Positions 9,263 to 18,577 of a stretch of 55,621 nucleotides of DNA are shown here, in pieces. Within the stretch, counting starts at the first letter, position 1, and each line of letters opens with the position of its first letter. The notes below the pieces were generated by a model. That model was not told the origin of the DNA, did not search any database, and was given only the letters and a program-made list of their open reading frames with translations. The position numbers and the translations under genes were made by a program. This stretch comes from Candidatus Eiseniibacteriota bacterium (lineage in GTDB: Bacteria > Orphanbacterota > Orphanbacteria > Orphanbacterales > Orphanbacteraceae). The stretch is from assembly GCA_043809585.1 (NCBI GenBank), contig JBDROZ010000115.1:1-55621 (forward strand). Reading direction: 5' to 3'.

Positions 9263-10233
9263 GACTCCCGGATCCTTTCCCGCCAGTATCCCAGCAGGTC
9301 CCGGAGCGAATCTTCGAGCGGGATGGCGGGCTCGTAGCCGAAGGTCTCCTTCGCCCGGGTCCCGTCGCCGATGATTACCGAACGATCGTCCCGCCCGGCG
9401 AAGGCCGGGTTCGGCACGATTTCGACCTTCACGCCCGAGAGGGCGACGAGCCGGTCCAGGACCTCCCGGATCGTCACCGCCCGTCCCGAACAGACGTTGA
9501 AGATCCCCCCCGTCGCGGCCGGCTCCCGGGCGGCGTCGAGGTACGCCCGCGCCACGTCCCGAACGTCCGTGAAGTCCCGGGCCGCGCCCAGGGGACCGAC
9601 CCGGATCTCCGGCTTCCGCTCCCCCTTCTCGATGCGGGCGATCTGTTCGGCGAAGCTCGCCCCGACGAGGGCGAGGGATTCCCGGGGGCCGGTGATGTTG
9701 AACGCCCGGGTTCGGACGAGGGGGAGATTCCAGCGGCGGGCCACCACGGCGGCGGCGAGGGATTGGGCCGCTTTCGAGACGCCGTACAGGTTCGCGGGGC
9801 GGAAAGGTTCCTCCTCGCCGATCGGGAGGCGGTCCTCGGCGACCGGGCCGTACTCCGACGCCGATCCGGTGACGAGCACGACCCGGAGTTCCCCCTTCCC
9901 CTCCACCGCGAGGGCCCGGAGGAGGGACTCGGTGCCGACCACGTTCGCTTCGAGCAGGGCGCCGAGATCCTGCTCCCCGATCCGCCCGGCGAGATGAAAG
10001 ACCGCCTCGGGCCGGATGCGGCGAACCATGGCCGCCGCCGCCGCGGCGTCCGTGAGGTCCCCTTCGTGAAGCTGAACGAGATCCGGGAGGGCGGCGAGGT
10101 TGCGCCTTCCGGCGCCGGGCAGATCGAACCCGTGCACCTCGGCGCCGGCGTCCGCGAGACGCTCGGCGAGCCAGCTTCCGGTGAATCCGGAGACGCCGGT
10201 GACGAGGGCCCGCTTCCAGGGGAGAGTCTTCAC
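9259..10233 (-). CDS. Extended SDR, GDP-4-keto-6-deoxymannose reductase (Rmd)-like
   Basis: GVSGFTG, SASEYG, YGVSK, RAFNITGPR, RDFTDVRD. GTG start inferred. Confidence 0.8.
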   Translation of the reverse strand: MKTLPWKRALVTGVSGFTGSWLAERLADAGAEVHGFDLPGAGRRNLAALPDLVQLHEGDLTDAAAAAAMVRRIRPEAVFHLAGRIGEQDLGALLEANVVGTESLLRALAVEGKGELRVVLVTGSASEYGPVAEDRLPIGEEEPFRPANLYGVSKAAQSLAAAVVARRWNLPLVRTRAFNITGPRESLALVGASFAEQIARIEKGERKPEIRVGPLGAARDFTDVRDVARAYLDAAREPAATGGIFNVCSGRAVTIREVLDRLVALSGVKVEIVPNPAFAGRDDRSVIIGDGTRAKETFGYEPAIPLEDSLRDLLGYWRERIRES

Positions 10234-10252
10234 GAGAGAGAGGTTTCCCGCG

Positions 10253-10957
10253 TCAGGGTAGGAACTTGTCCCGATGCTCTTGGAACGCTTCCACGGCCCC
10301 AGCGTAGTCGTCGTGGCGGCCGATGTCAAGCCACCGGCCGGTGAACCGGTAGCCCATCACCTTCCGCCGGTCCTGCATCAAGGCCCGCACCAGGTCGGGA
10401 AGGTCGAACCTCCCGTCCGGGGGGATGTAACCGAGCACGGAGGGCTCCATGATGTAGATGCCCGTGCTCACGTCGTAGTTCAACGTCGGCTTTTCGATGT
10501 ACTCCCGGACGTTCCCCTCGCCGTCCGCCTCGATCACGCCGAGGTCGATCTTCACCTCCCGGGAGAAGAGGCCGAGGGTGGCGTCGCACTTCCGGTCCCT
10601 GTGAAAGGAGAGCATCTTGCCGAAGTCGAGGGTCGTGAGGAGGTCGCCGTTCATGACGAGGAAGGTCTCGTCCAGGTCGACCACGAGCCGGAGGGGCCCG
10701 GCCGTGCCGAGGGGCCCTTCCTCGCGGCTGTAGTCGATGGCGACGCCGAACCGGGAGCCGTCGCCGAAATACGCCTCGATGAGGGAGGCGAGGTAGCCGA
10801 CGGCGAGGGTGATGCGGTCGAAGCCGTGGGCCTTCAGCTGGCGGATCACGACCTCCAGGATCGGCATGCCGTCGATCGGCATCAGCGGCTTCGGGAAGAC
10901 CGTCGTGTAGGGGGCGAGGCGCGTCCCCTTTCCGCCGGCGAGCACCACTGCGCGCAT
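10253..10957 (-). CDS. Sugar-1-phosphate nucleotidyltransferase
   Basis: LAGGKGTRL..T...PKPL, EGPLGTAG, MNGDLL, WLDIG. Confidence 0.92.
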   Translation of the reverse strand: MRAVVLAGGKGTRLAPYTTVFPKPLMPIDGMPILEVVIRQLKAHGFDRITLAVGYLASLIEAYFGDGSRFGVAIDYSREEGPLGTAGPLRLVVDLDETFLVMNGDLLTTLDFGKMLSFHRDRKCDATLGLFSREVKIDLGVIEADGEGNVREYIEKPTLNYDVSTGIYIMEPSVLGYIPPDGRFDLPDLVRALMQDRRKVMGYRFTGRWLDIGRHDDYAGAVEAFQEHRDKFLP

Positions 10958-10984
10958 GACCGTTCCTCCGAATCGTCGCCCTCG

Positions 10985-11980
10985 TCAGACGACGTAGTTC
11001 CCGACGTCGTGGAAGCGTCCCAAATTCTCCCGCACCCACGCCACGGTCCGCCCCAGGCCCTCCCGGATCGGGACCTCCGGCTTCCACCCGAGGAGCTTCT
11101 CCGCCCTCGACGCGTCGGCGACGAGGCGCATGACCTCGCTCTTCTCCGGCCGGACCCGCTTCTCTTCGACGACGACCCGTTTTCCTCCGCCCGTGATCTC
11201 CATGACGATCTCGGCGAGTTCGCCGATGGAGATCTCCTTCCCCGTCCCCAAGTTGATCGTCTCGCCCACGGCCGCCTCTTTCTCGGCGGCGAGCCGGAAC
11301 CCCCGGGTGATGTCCTTCACGAAGTTGAGGTCCCGGGTCGGCGCCAGCGATCCGAGTCGGATCACGTCCCCCGTGAGGGCCTGCACGGCGATCGTCGGGA
11401 TCACGGCGCGGGCGCTCTGGCGGGGACCGTAGGTGTTGAAGGGGCGGATCGTCGTGACCGGCAGCCCGAAGGCGTGCCAGAAGCTTTCCGCCATCTTGTC
11501 CGCCCCGATCTTGCTCGCCGAGTAGGGCGACTGGCCCTGCATCGGGTGGGCTTCGTCGATCGGCGCGTAGAGGGCCGTGCCGTAGGTCTCGCTCGTCGAC
11601 GTGTGCACGACGCGCCGCACCCGGTGCCGCCGCGCCGCCTCGAGCATGTGAATCGTGCCGGTCACGTTGGTTTGCACGAAGTCGACCGGGTTGATGTACG
11701 AGTAGGGAATGGCGATGAGCGCCCCGAGGTGGAAGACCGTGTCGGCCCCCTCCACGGCGCGGTCCACGGCGGTCGGGTCCTTCAGGTCCCCCGCGAAGAC
11801 ATGGACCTTCTCCAGCGTCTCCTTCGGGAGGAGCCGGAGGTTCCCGATGTCCGACCTGGAGTTGTACCGCACGAACGCGCGCACCCGCCATCCGGCCTCG
11901 ACCAGGTCCTCCACCAGGTGGCTCCCGATGAAGCCGGCGGCGCCGGTCACGAGCGCGAGCGGTCCCTTGCCCTCGGCCAT
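10985..11980 (-). CDS. NDP-sugar 4,6-dehydratase (LegB-like extended SDR)
   Basis: GAAGFIG, ALIAIPYSY, STSETYG, YSASK, RPFNTYGPRQSARAVIP. Confidence 0.88.
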   Translation of the reverse strand: MAEGKGPLALVTGAAGFIGSHLVEDLVEAGWRVRAFVRYNSRSDIGNLRLLPKETLEKVHVFAGDLKDPTAVDRAVEGADTVFHLGALIAIPYSYINPVDFVQTNVTGTIHMLEAARRHRVRRVVHTSTSETYGTALYAPIDEAHPMQGQSPYSASKIGADKMAESFWHAFGLPVTTIRPFNTYGPRQSARAVIPTIAVQALTGDVIRLGSLAPTRDLNFVKDITRGFRLAAEKEAAVGETINLGTGKEISIGELAEIVMEITGGGKRVVVEEKRVRPEKSEVMRLVADASRAEKLLGWKPEVPIREGLGRTVAWVRENLGRFHDVGNYVV

Positions 11981-12045
11981 GACTGCCTACTCCCTTGTGT
12001 TCGATCGAGTTATCGGCCGGAAGGGCCCGGCCCCTTAGGGGCGGA

Positions 12046-13608
12046 TCAGGGCGATTTCACCTGCCGGACCGAGTCGATCACGGTCCCGTCCACCCACTTG
12101 ATGACCGCCACGACCTTCTCGTCCAGGTCGGGGGGGGACGGCGCGCCGCCGCAGAGGCGCTCCACTTCCTCCTTCACCTCCTCGATCGGGCGGAGGGGGA
12201 GGCCCGACCCCTTCACGGCGTCCAGGAGGTCCGTCCGCCGCGGGTTGATCGAGACGCCCCTTTCGGTGATCACCACGTCGACCAGCTCGCCCGGCCCGAC
12301 GAGAGTGGTCACCCGGTCGACGAGCACCGGGATCCGGTCCCGGAAGGAGGGGATCGCGAGGATGGTGCACTTGGAGAAGAGGCAGTTCTGCCAGCCGCCG
12401 ATGCCGTGGAGCAGCTTGCCGTCCGAGTGGGTCACCACGTTCGCGTTGAACGCCGTGTCCACCTCGGTGGCGCCGAGGACCACGGCGTCCACGATGCCGG
12501 CGAAGTTTCCCTTGCCGTGGAAGTTGTAGCTCGTGAAGGGGCTCGTGTTGACGTGCCCCGGGTTCTCCCGCATGGAGCGCACGCCGTCGAGATCGAAGGT
12601 CTGGCCGTCGAGGATGTAGTCGACGAGCCCCTCCTCGAGCATCCCGACGAGGTACTTCGTGCTCCCCCCCCGGACGAACCGGGCCTTCACGTTCGCCTCC
12701 TTCATCATCTCCTTCAGGTAGATGGCGAAGGCGAGGGCCGTCCCCCCCGCGCCGGCCTGGAAGGAGAAGCCGTCCCGCATGATCCCCGAGTCCCGAACGA
12801 ACCGGGCCACGTAGTCGGCGATGAGGAGCCGGTCGGGGCTCTTCGTGATCTCCGTGGTGCCGGAGACGATCTTCTCCGGCTCGCCCACCAAGTCGACCTT
12901 CACCACGCAGTCGACGTAGTTTCCCTGGATCTGCCAAGGCACGCAGGGGAAGGGGACCAGGTTGTCGGTCACCACGATCACCTTGTCCGCGTACTGGGAA
13001 TCGGCGAGGGCGAACCCGAGAAGCCCGCACGCGCTCGGGCCCTGGACGCCGTTGGCGTTGCCGAAGGGGTCGGCGGTCGGCGCGGCGATGACGGCGATGT
13101 CGATCGGCACCTCGCCGTCCTGCACCGCCTGGTACCGCCCGCCGTGGCTCCGGAGAACGCCGAGACCGCGCATCTTCCCCCGGGAGCAGTAGTCGCCGAG
13201 GGGGCCGTTCATGCTCCCTTCGATGTGGTGCACCACGCCGCTCTCCATGTGGTCGATGACCGGCGCGTGGCAGGGGAAGGAGGCGCTCGGGAACCACATG
13301 AGATCCTTCACGCCGATCCGGGCGGCCGCTTCGAAGACGGCGTTCGCCACGAGATCGCCGTTCCGGAAGTGGTGGTGCGTCGAGAGGGTCATGCCGTCCC
13401 GGATGCCGCACTTCCGAAGGGCCGTCTCGATGTCGCGGACGAGCTTGTTTCCGTCGAGGGGATAGTCGGCGGAGCTCGCGATCCGCGGCGCCGCCTTCCG
13501 GCCCGACGGTTTGTGGGCGCCCACGCCCTTGTAAGGAACCGCCTCCCGCCCGTTCACTTCGGTCGGGACGGGCCGGCCGGCGGCGTTCTCCACGAGTTTC
13601 CCGTTCAT
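12046..13608 (-). CDS. citF: Citrate lyase alpha subunit (citrate:acetyl-ACP transferase)
   Basis: GMTLSTHHHFRNGD, RSHGGR, FSFQAGAGG, EVDTAFNANV..HSDG; 520 aa; adjacent to citE. Confidence 0.93.
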   Translation of the reverse strand: MNGKLVENAAGRPVPTEVNGREAVPYKGVGAHKPSGRKAAPRIASSADYPLDGNKLVRDIETALRKCGIRDGMTLSTHHHFRNGDLVANAVFEAAARIGVKDLMWFPSASFPCHAPVIDHMESGVVHHIEGSMNGPLGDYCSRGKMRGLGVLRSHGGRYQAVQDGEVPIDIAVIAAPTADPFGNANGVQGPSACGLLGFALADSQYADKVIVVTDNLVPFPCVPWQIQGNYVDCVVKVDLVGEPEKIVSGTTEITKSPDRLLIADYVARFVRDSGIMRDGFSFQAGAGGTALAFAIYLKEMMKEANVKARFVRGGSTKYLVGMLEEGLVDYILDGQTFDLDGVRSMRENPGHVNTSPFTSYNFHGKGNFAGIVDAVVLGATEVDTAFNANVVTHSDGKLLHGIGGWQNCLFSKCTILAIPSFRDRIPVLVDRVTTLVGPGELVDVVITERGVSINPRRTDLLDAVKGSGLPLRPIEEVKEEVERLCGGAPSPPDLDEKVVAVIKWVDGTVIDSVRQVKSP

Positions 13609-14798
13609 CGCCCCTCTCCCTCCCCCTCCGCGAGGCGGACGACGCGAAGCGCCCGCTTCACCACAGGCGGATCGATCATCTTGCTGCCGAGACTGACGAC
13701 GCCGCTCCCCTTCGCCTCCGCCTCCTCGAAGGCGGCGACGATGCGGCGGGCCTTCTCGAGCTCCTCCGCGGTCGGGGCGAAGGCTTCGTGGATCACGGAG
13801 ATCTGGCGGGGATGGATGCAGCCCATGCCGTCGAAGCCGAGCGATTTCGATTCGAGGGCGTTCCGGCGGAGGGCGCCCATGTCGGCCACGTCGGAGAAGA
13901 CGCTGTCGATGGGAAGGACGCCGGCGGCGCGGGCGGCGTTGACGATGGCCGACCGGGCGTAGAAGCTCTCCCGTCCCTCGGGGGTGCGGGGGGCGCCGAT
14001 GTCGGCGGTGTAATCCTCGAGGCCGATGGTCAGCGCGATCACCGTGGGCGCGGCGGAGGCGATCTCGTAGGCGCGCACGACCCCCTTGCCGCTCTCGACG
14101 ATCGGCATGAGGTAGATCTCGTCATCGAGGCCATGGTCCTCCCGGATGCGGTCCAAGCGGGAGGCGACCTCCCGGACCGTCTCGGCGGACTCGACCTTCG
14201 GGATCAGGATAACGTGGACGTTGTGGGGGGCGATCTCGTCGAGGTCCTCGAGGCCGAGGTCGCCTTGATTGATCCGCACCATCCGCTCGGCCGGTCCGTA
14301 GTCGACGGTGCGGAGGGCGTTCCGGACGAGAGTCCGGGCGGCGTCCTTTTCCGCGGGGGCGACCGAATCCTCGAGGTCGAGGATGACGGCGTCCGGCTTG
14401 TGGAGGCCGGCGTTCAGGTGGAGCTTCGGCTGGTCGCCCGGAAGATAGAGGCGGCTCCGGCGGAACCGGGTCCGGCGGGTCTTCCGCCGGGAGTGCTCGG
14501 CGAACTCGGGGAGGTACGGGTTCGTCTCGGGGCCGAGGGTGCGGCGGACGGCGGTCTCGATCCTCGCGGCGAGAACGAAGGGGAGCGCGCCCATGTCCTC
14601 GAGGATCAGGGTCCCGTTCCGGGCGCCGAGAGCGCCGAGGACTTCCTCCGCCAGGGCGCGGATCGAGTCGCCGTACATCGGCCCCACTTTGCTCGTCATC
14701 TCGACGCGAAGCCCCCCCGACCCGACCGGTTCGAATCGAACCCAGCAGTCGGAGCGGACGTCCGCGCCCCTCTTTCCGGCTTCCGCCGCGGCGGCCAT
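13605..14798 (-). CDS. citE: Fused citrate lyase acyl carrier (CitD-like) and beta subunit (CitE)
   Basis: N-terminal AG...RSDC..MYGDSIR...EDMGALPFVLAARIETAV (CitD-like), then RRSRLYLPG, DLEDSV, VRIN, PKVE, GMGCIHPRQ, MIDPP (CitE). GGAGG-like SD before ATG 14798. Confidence 0.88.
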   Translation of the reverse strand: MAAAAEAGKRGADVRSDCWVRFEPVGSGGLRVEMTSKVGPMYGDSIRALAEEVLGALGARNGTLILEDMGALPFVLAARIETAVRRTLGPETNPYLPEFAEHSRRKTRRTRFRRSRLYLPGDQPKLHLNAGLHKPDAVILDLEDSVAPAEKDAARTLVRNALRTVDYGPAERMVRINQGDLGLEDLDEIAPHNVHVILIPKVESAETVREVASRLDRIREDHGLDDEIYLMPIVESGKGVVRAYEIASAAPTVIALTIGLEDYTADIGAPRTPEGRESFYARSAIVNAARAAGVLPIDSVFSDVADMGALRRNALESKSLGFDGMGCIHPRQISVIHEAFAPTAEELEKARRIVAAFEEAEAKGSGVVSLGSKMIDPPVVKRALRVVRLAEGEGEGR

Positions 14799-14968
14799 GG
14801 GCAACCCTCCTCGAGCCCCTCCGAGCAAAGACAGTGCCACCGCCGGAACCGGCATGGGCGGCCGGCGGCGCGGGAAAACGGCGCCTCGTACCCGAAGGAC
14901 AAGCGTACCCGACGGGGGGGAAGAGGCGCAAGGCAATGCGGCGGTCGGCGGCGGGCCGCTCCGGGACG

Positions 14969-15147
14969 AGAACTCATTTCAAAACCCCTTTCGTCGCGAG
15001 GGCGAGCGAAGTGACGGACGGCGAGGATCGAGGGCGAGAATGCCCGGAAGCGGCCCTGGACGGGCCACCCAGGACATTCTCGCCCGAGGACGAAGCCGGT
15101 CGTCCCTGCAGCCGCCCGCAGCAGGAAGGAGTTTTGAAATGAGTTCT
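14969..15147. mobile_element. MITE-like element with perfect 17-bp TIRs
   Basis: AGAACTCATTTCAAAAC (14969-14985) and GTTTTGAAATGAGTTCT (15131-15147), with inner arms GGGCGAGAATG/CATTCTCGCCC. The right half is repeated at 45427-45533. Confidence 0.85.
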
Positions 15148-16519
15148 ACTTCTTCTCGTACCCGTAGGTGTCGTCGTCCAGCTCGGAGACGAAGTAGCGG
15201 CGCTTGCCGGCGCTCGTCGGCGGGATTCGGTCCACCACGTCCACGTCGAAGGTGATCCCCTCGCCCGTGTACTTCCGCGTCTCCCGTTCCATATAGGCGC
15301 GGGTCTCGTCCGGGAGAACGGCCCCCCGGCAATGGACGAGAATGCGGATGTGGTCCGGCCGGACGTGGCGGATCTGCCAGGTGATCACCTCGCCGACCTT
15401 GCCGAAGGCGTCGCAGAACGGCGGAACCGTGAGGAAGCGGCCGTTGGCGAGGGGGAAGAAGTCGACCACCCGCCCTTCGAAGGGACCGAGGCGCGCCAGG
15501 GTTCGCCCGCAGGGGCACGCGGCGGTCTCCCCTTTCGCCGCCACGTCCATCACCCGGTAACGGATGAAGGGGTAGGCGTACCCCTCGAGGTTCGTCAGCA
15601 CGACCTCGCCCCGGTCGGCGGGCTGGTGGGTCTTATCGTCGACGATCTCGAGAAACACGCACTCCTCGTTCACATGCATCCCCGCCTGGGCGTCGCACTC
15701 GGAGGAGATGATCATCCCCTCGGCGCCGTACTGGTCGTAGACCGTCGTGTCGAAGGCGGAGACGATGGTCTCCCGCATGTGACCGGTCAGGGTTTCGCTC
15801 GTGCTCACCACCGAAGGGACGGAGAACCGCGGGCCCGTTTCGAGGGCGCCCTTGGCGAGATGATAGAGGGACGACGCGTAGCCCCGCATCACCTTGGGGC
15901 CGAACTTCCGGATCCGCTCGAGCTTCTCGCCGAGCACGTCCCGCCCGAGGTCCTGGATGCCGACGAACTGCTGGCGAAGGACGCCGAGCTCGATCCACGC
16001 CACGGCCGGATGGCGGAGCACGCTCTTCAAGGAACCGATGGTGCAGAGGGTGATTTTATCGCCGAGCTCGTAGCCGGCCCATCCCCAGTTCCGGATCAGA
16101 TTCGCCCAGAAAATCGCCTTCTCCCGCTTGGAAAGATAGTAGCGGAACGGTTCCCCGGTGGAGCCGCTGCTCGTCTTCCGAATGACCTCTTCCCGGGAAA
16201 AGGCGCGGGAGAGGACCTCGCCGCCGGCGGCGCGGAGCATGTCCTTGCTGACCGGGGGAAGCTTCGGCGCGTCGGCGACGTTCTGAATCTGGCCGACCGT
16301 GACGCCGTGGTCCGCCCACAGTTTCCGGTAGAAGGGGACCGTCTCGGCGGCGTGATTCACGACCGCCCGGAACCGCTCGTTCCGGTAGGCCTCGAGCTTC
16401 TCCCGGGGCCACCGCTCCGTCTCGAGAAGGAACTCGAGGCGCTTCCGCACGGGGAGCCCCGCGAGCTTCTCCCCCACCGGCCAGGCCACCTTGTGGGCGA
16501 AGGTCTTGTACAGTCCCAT
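15146..16519 (-). CDS. Phenylacetate-CoA ligase-like (CapK-type) adenylate-forming protein
   Basis: TVPFYR, TSSGSTGEP, YGAEG, PFIRYRVMD, EGR, SAGKRR. Confidence 0.88.
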   Translation of the reverse strand: MGLYKTFAHKVAWPVGEKLAGLPVRKRLEFLLETERWPREKLEAYRNERFRAVVNHAAETVPFYRKLWADHGVTVGQIQNVADAPKLPPVSKDMLRAAGGEVLSRAFSREEVIRKTSSGSTGEPFRYYLSKREKAIFWANLIRNWGWAGYELGDKITLCTIGSLKSVLRHPAVAWIELGVLRQQFVGIQDLGRDVLGEKLERIRKFGPKVMRGYASSLYHLAKGALETGPRFSVPSVVSTSETLTGHMRETIVSAFDTTVYDQYGAEGMIISSECDAQAGMHVNEECVFLEIVDDKTHQPADRGEVVLTNLEGYAYPFIRYRVMDVAAKGETAACPCGRTLARLGPFEGRVVDFFPLANGRFLTVPPFCDAFGKVGEVITWQIRHVRPDHIRILVHCRGAVLPDETRAYMERETRKYTGEGITFDVDVVDRIPPTSAGKRRYFVSELDDDTYGYEKK

Positions 16520-16616
16520 CGGATCCTCCGTGCGCCAAAGCTACACCACCATCATCGGCCGGGGCAAGGGGGGGGAAAAGGGAGGGGTCCGAGGAATCCA
16601 GTCAGTGCGGGCTCGT

Positions 16617-16941
16617 GGGGGACTGGTTCCGCCCGAGCCCTTCGATACGGACCTTCGGTCCTACTCAGGACAGGCCTCCGGCCGGCCACGATCATCGGCG
16701 GGGCGGGGGATCGGTCGAGGGAGGGATACGGGTTAGACTGGGACGCTCGTCGTGCTGCGGGATCAGACCCTCCCTTTCTCCGGGCTCGTACGGGTAGCGT
16801 TGCGCAGACCGCCAACAGCTCCCCGGTTATGACCCGATCCCTCCCGAGACCGTGTCCCCCGCCCTGCCGGCTACTCCAGCACGAGCACAACTGCTCCAGG
16901 GTGCAGAAGAGGAGTCCGCGGAGCATTGAACTTCGGAGTGA
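16617..16941 (-). repeat. Composite intergenic element, copy 2 (reverse orientation)
   Basis: 16617-16682 is the reverse complement of 42705-42770 (64/66). The 16697-16868 long hairpin is homologous to 27019-27190. 16882-16941 carries the GGACTCCTCTTCTGCACC left module. Confidence 0.85.
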
Positions 16942-16999
16942 TTCCCTTTCCCCTCAATATGCAATAATCATCAAAGACCATCGCGAGGCACGGAGACCC

Positions 17000-18523
17000 A
17001 TGAGCGAACAGCGGCCGCCCGTCGAATTCACTCTTCGCAATCGAATCGGCTTCTGGCTCGGCCTCGCCCTCTTCTTCCTGTTCCTCTTTCTCGATCCGGA
17101 CCCGGAACGGCCGGCCCTCGGGCGGATGCTGGCCGTCACTCTTCTCATGGCCACCTGGTGGATCACCGAGGCGGTGCCGATTCCGGTGACCGCCCTCCTC
17201 CCCGTCCCCCTCTTCCCGCTCCTCGGCATCGAGGCCTCGAAGGACGTGGCGCCGAACTACATGAACTCGAGCATCTTTCTCTTCATGGGCGGCTTCATCC
17301 TCGCCCTCGCCATCGAGAAGTGGGGGCTCCACCGCCGGATCGCCCTGAACGTTCTCCGGGTGATCGGCGTGAAGCCGCGCCTTCTGGTGCTCGGCTTCAT
17401 GATCGCCACGGCCTTCCTCTCCATGTGGATCTCGAACACGGCGACGGCCATGTTGATGCTCCCGATCGGGCTCTCGGTCATCAACCGGCTCGGTCCGGAG
17501 CTGGAGGACCCGAAGCGGTCGGATCGATTCGCCCTGGTGCTCATGATCTCCATCGCCTACGCGGCGAGCATAGGCGGGACGGCGACGCTGATCGGCACGC
17601 CCCCCAATCTCGCCTTCACACGGATCTTCGCGATCTCCTACCCGGACGCGCCGGAGATCAGCTTCTCGATCTGGTTCGCCATGGCCTTCCCCCTCGCGGC
17701 GGTCTTCCTCGTGACGGCGTGGGCGCTCCTGACGCGGGTGATCTTCCCGGTCGGCGGCGGGGCGATGGGCGGGGTGCGGAGCGAGCTCTCGAGGGAACGG
17801 CGGGAACTCGGGCCGATGGAACGGGAGGAGAAGAGCGTGCTCGTGGTTTTCGTCCTGACCGCGCTCCTCTGGATCTTTCGGGCCGACATCCCCCTCGGCG
17901 GCACGGTCCTCCGGGGGTGGGCGTCCCGGCTCGGCGTCACGGGGGTGGACGACGCGACGGTGGCGATGTCGGCGGCGGTGGTTCTCTTCCTGATCCCGGC
18001 GCGCCGGGGGGCGGGCCGCCTCATGGACTGGACGACGGCCCGGCGGCTGCCGTGGGGGATCCTGATTCTCTTCGGCGGCGGATTCGCCCTCGCCTCCGGT
18101 TTCCAGGCCTCGGAATTGACCGAGTGGCTCGGCCGGCGGTTCCTCGGCCTCGAAGGGACCTCCCCGCACATTCTCGTACTGGCGACGTCCACGCTCCTCA
18201 CCTTCCTGACCGAAGTGACGTCGAACACGGCGACGACCCAGATCATCCTGCCGATCCTCGCCTCCGCGTCCGCGACCCTGAGGGTCCACCCGCTCCTTCT
18301 CATGATCCCGGCGACGCTCTCCGCGTCGTGCGCGTTCATGCTCCCCGTCGCGACGCCTCCGAACGCGATCGTCTTCGGGTCGAGACGGGTTCCGATTCAG
18401 GCGATGGTGAAGGCGGGGATCGTGATGAACCTCGCGGGCATCGTTCTCATCTTTCTGACGGTGACGCTCCTCGGCGCATTCCTCTTCGGGATCACGGCGG
18501 GCGCACCGCCGGAGTGGGCGTGA
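17000..18523 (+). CDS. DASS/SLC13-family di/tricarboxylate or sulfate transporter
   Basis: WWITEAVPIPVTALLP, LSMWISNTAT, IGTPPN, TEVTSNTAT, FMLPVATPPNAIV. Confidence 0.93.
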   Translation: MSEQRPPVEFTLRNRIGFWLGLALFFLFLFLDPDPERPALGRMLAVTLLMATWWITEAVPIPVTALLPVPLFPLLGIEASKDVAPNYMNSSIFLFMGGFILALAIEKWGLHRRIALNVLRVIGVKPRLLVLGFMIATAFLSMWISNTATAMLMLPIGLSVINRLGPELEDPKRSDRFALVLMISIAYAASIGGTATLIGTPPNLAFTRIFAISYPDAPEISFSIWFAMAFPLAAVFLVTAWALLTRVIFPVGGGAMGGVRSELSRERRELGPMEREEKSVLVVFVLTALLWIFRADIPLGGTVLRGWASRLGVTGVDDATVAMSAAVVLFLIPARRGAGRLMDWTTARRLPWGILILFGGGFALASGFQASELTEWLGRRFLGLEGTSPHILVLATSTLLTFLTEVTSNTATTQIILPILASASATLRVHPLLLMIPATLSASCAFMLPVATPPNAIVFGSRRVPIQAMVKAGIVMNLAGIVLIFLTVTLLGAFLFGITAGAPPEWA

Positions 18524-18577
18524 TATTCTTTGAATCGAGAGATTTCAGGGGAACCCATTCCACCGGGAGGGGCCGGC

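Noticed and set aside
10985-11980. Complete legionaminic acid pathway
   Set aside because: No LegC-type aminotransferase, NeuB synthase, NeuC epimerase or CMP-transferase is in the window.
16732-16738. GTTAGAC as an attC core in the 172-bp hairpin
   Set aside because: It is not conserved in the second copy (GTCTGCC in place of GTCTAAC) and has no matching inverse core.
15332-16999. Apparent 1063-aa DASS fusion protein
   Set aside because: The N-terminal half is antisense to the ligase gene and runs through repeats. The real start is ATG 17000.
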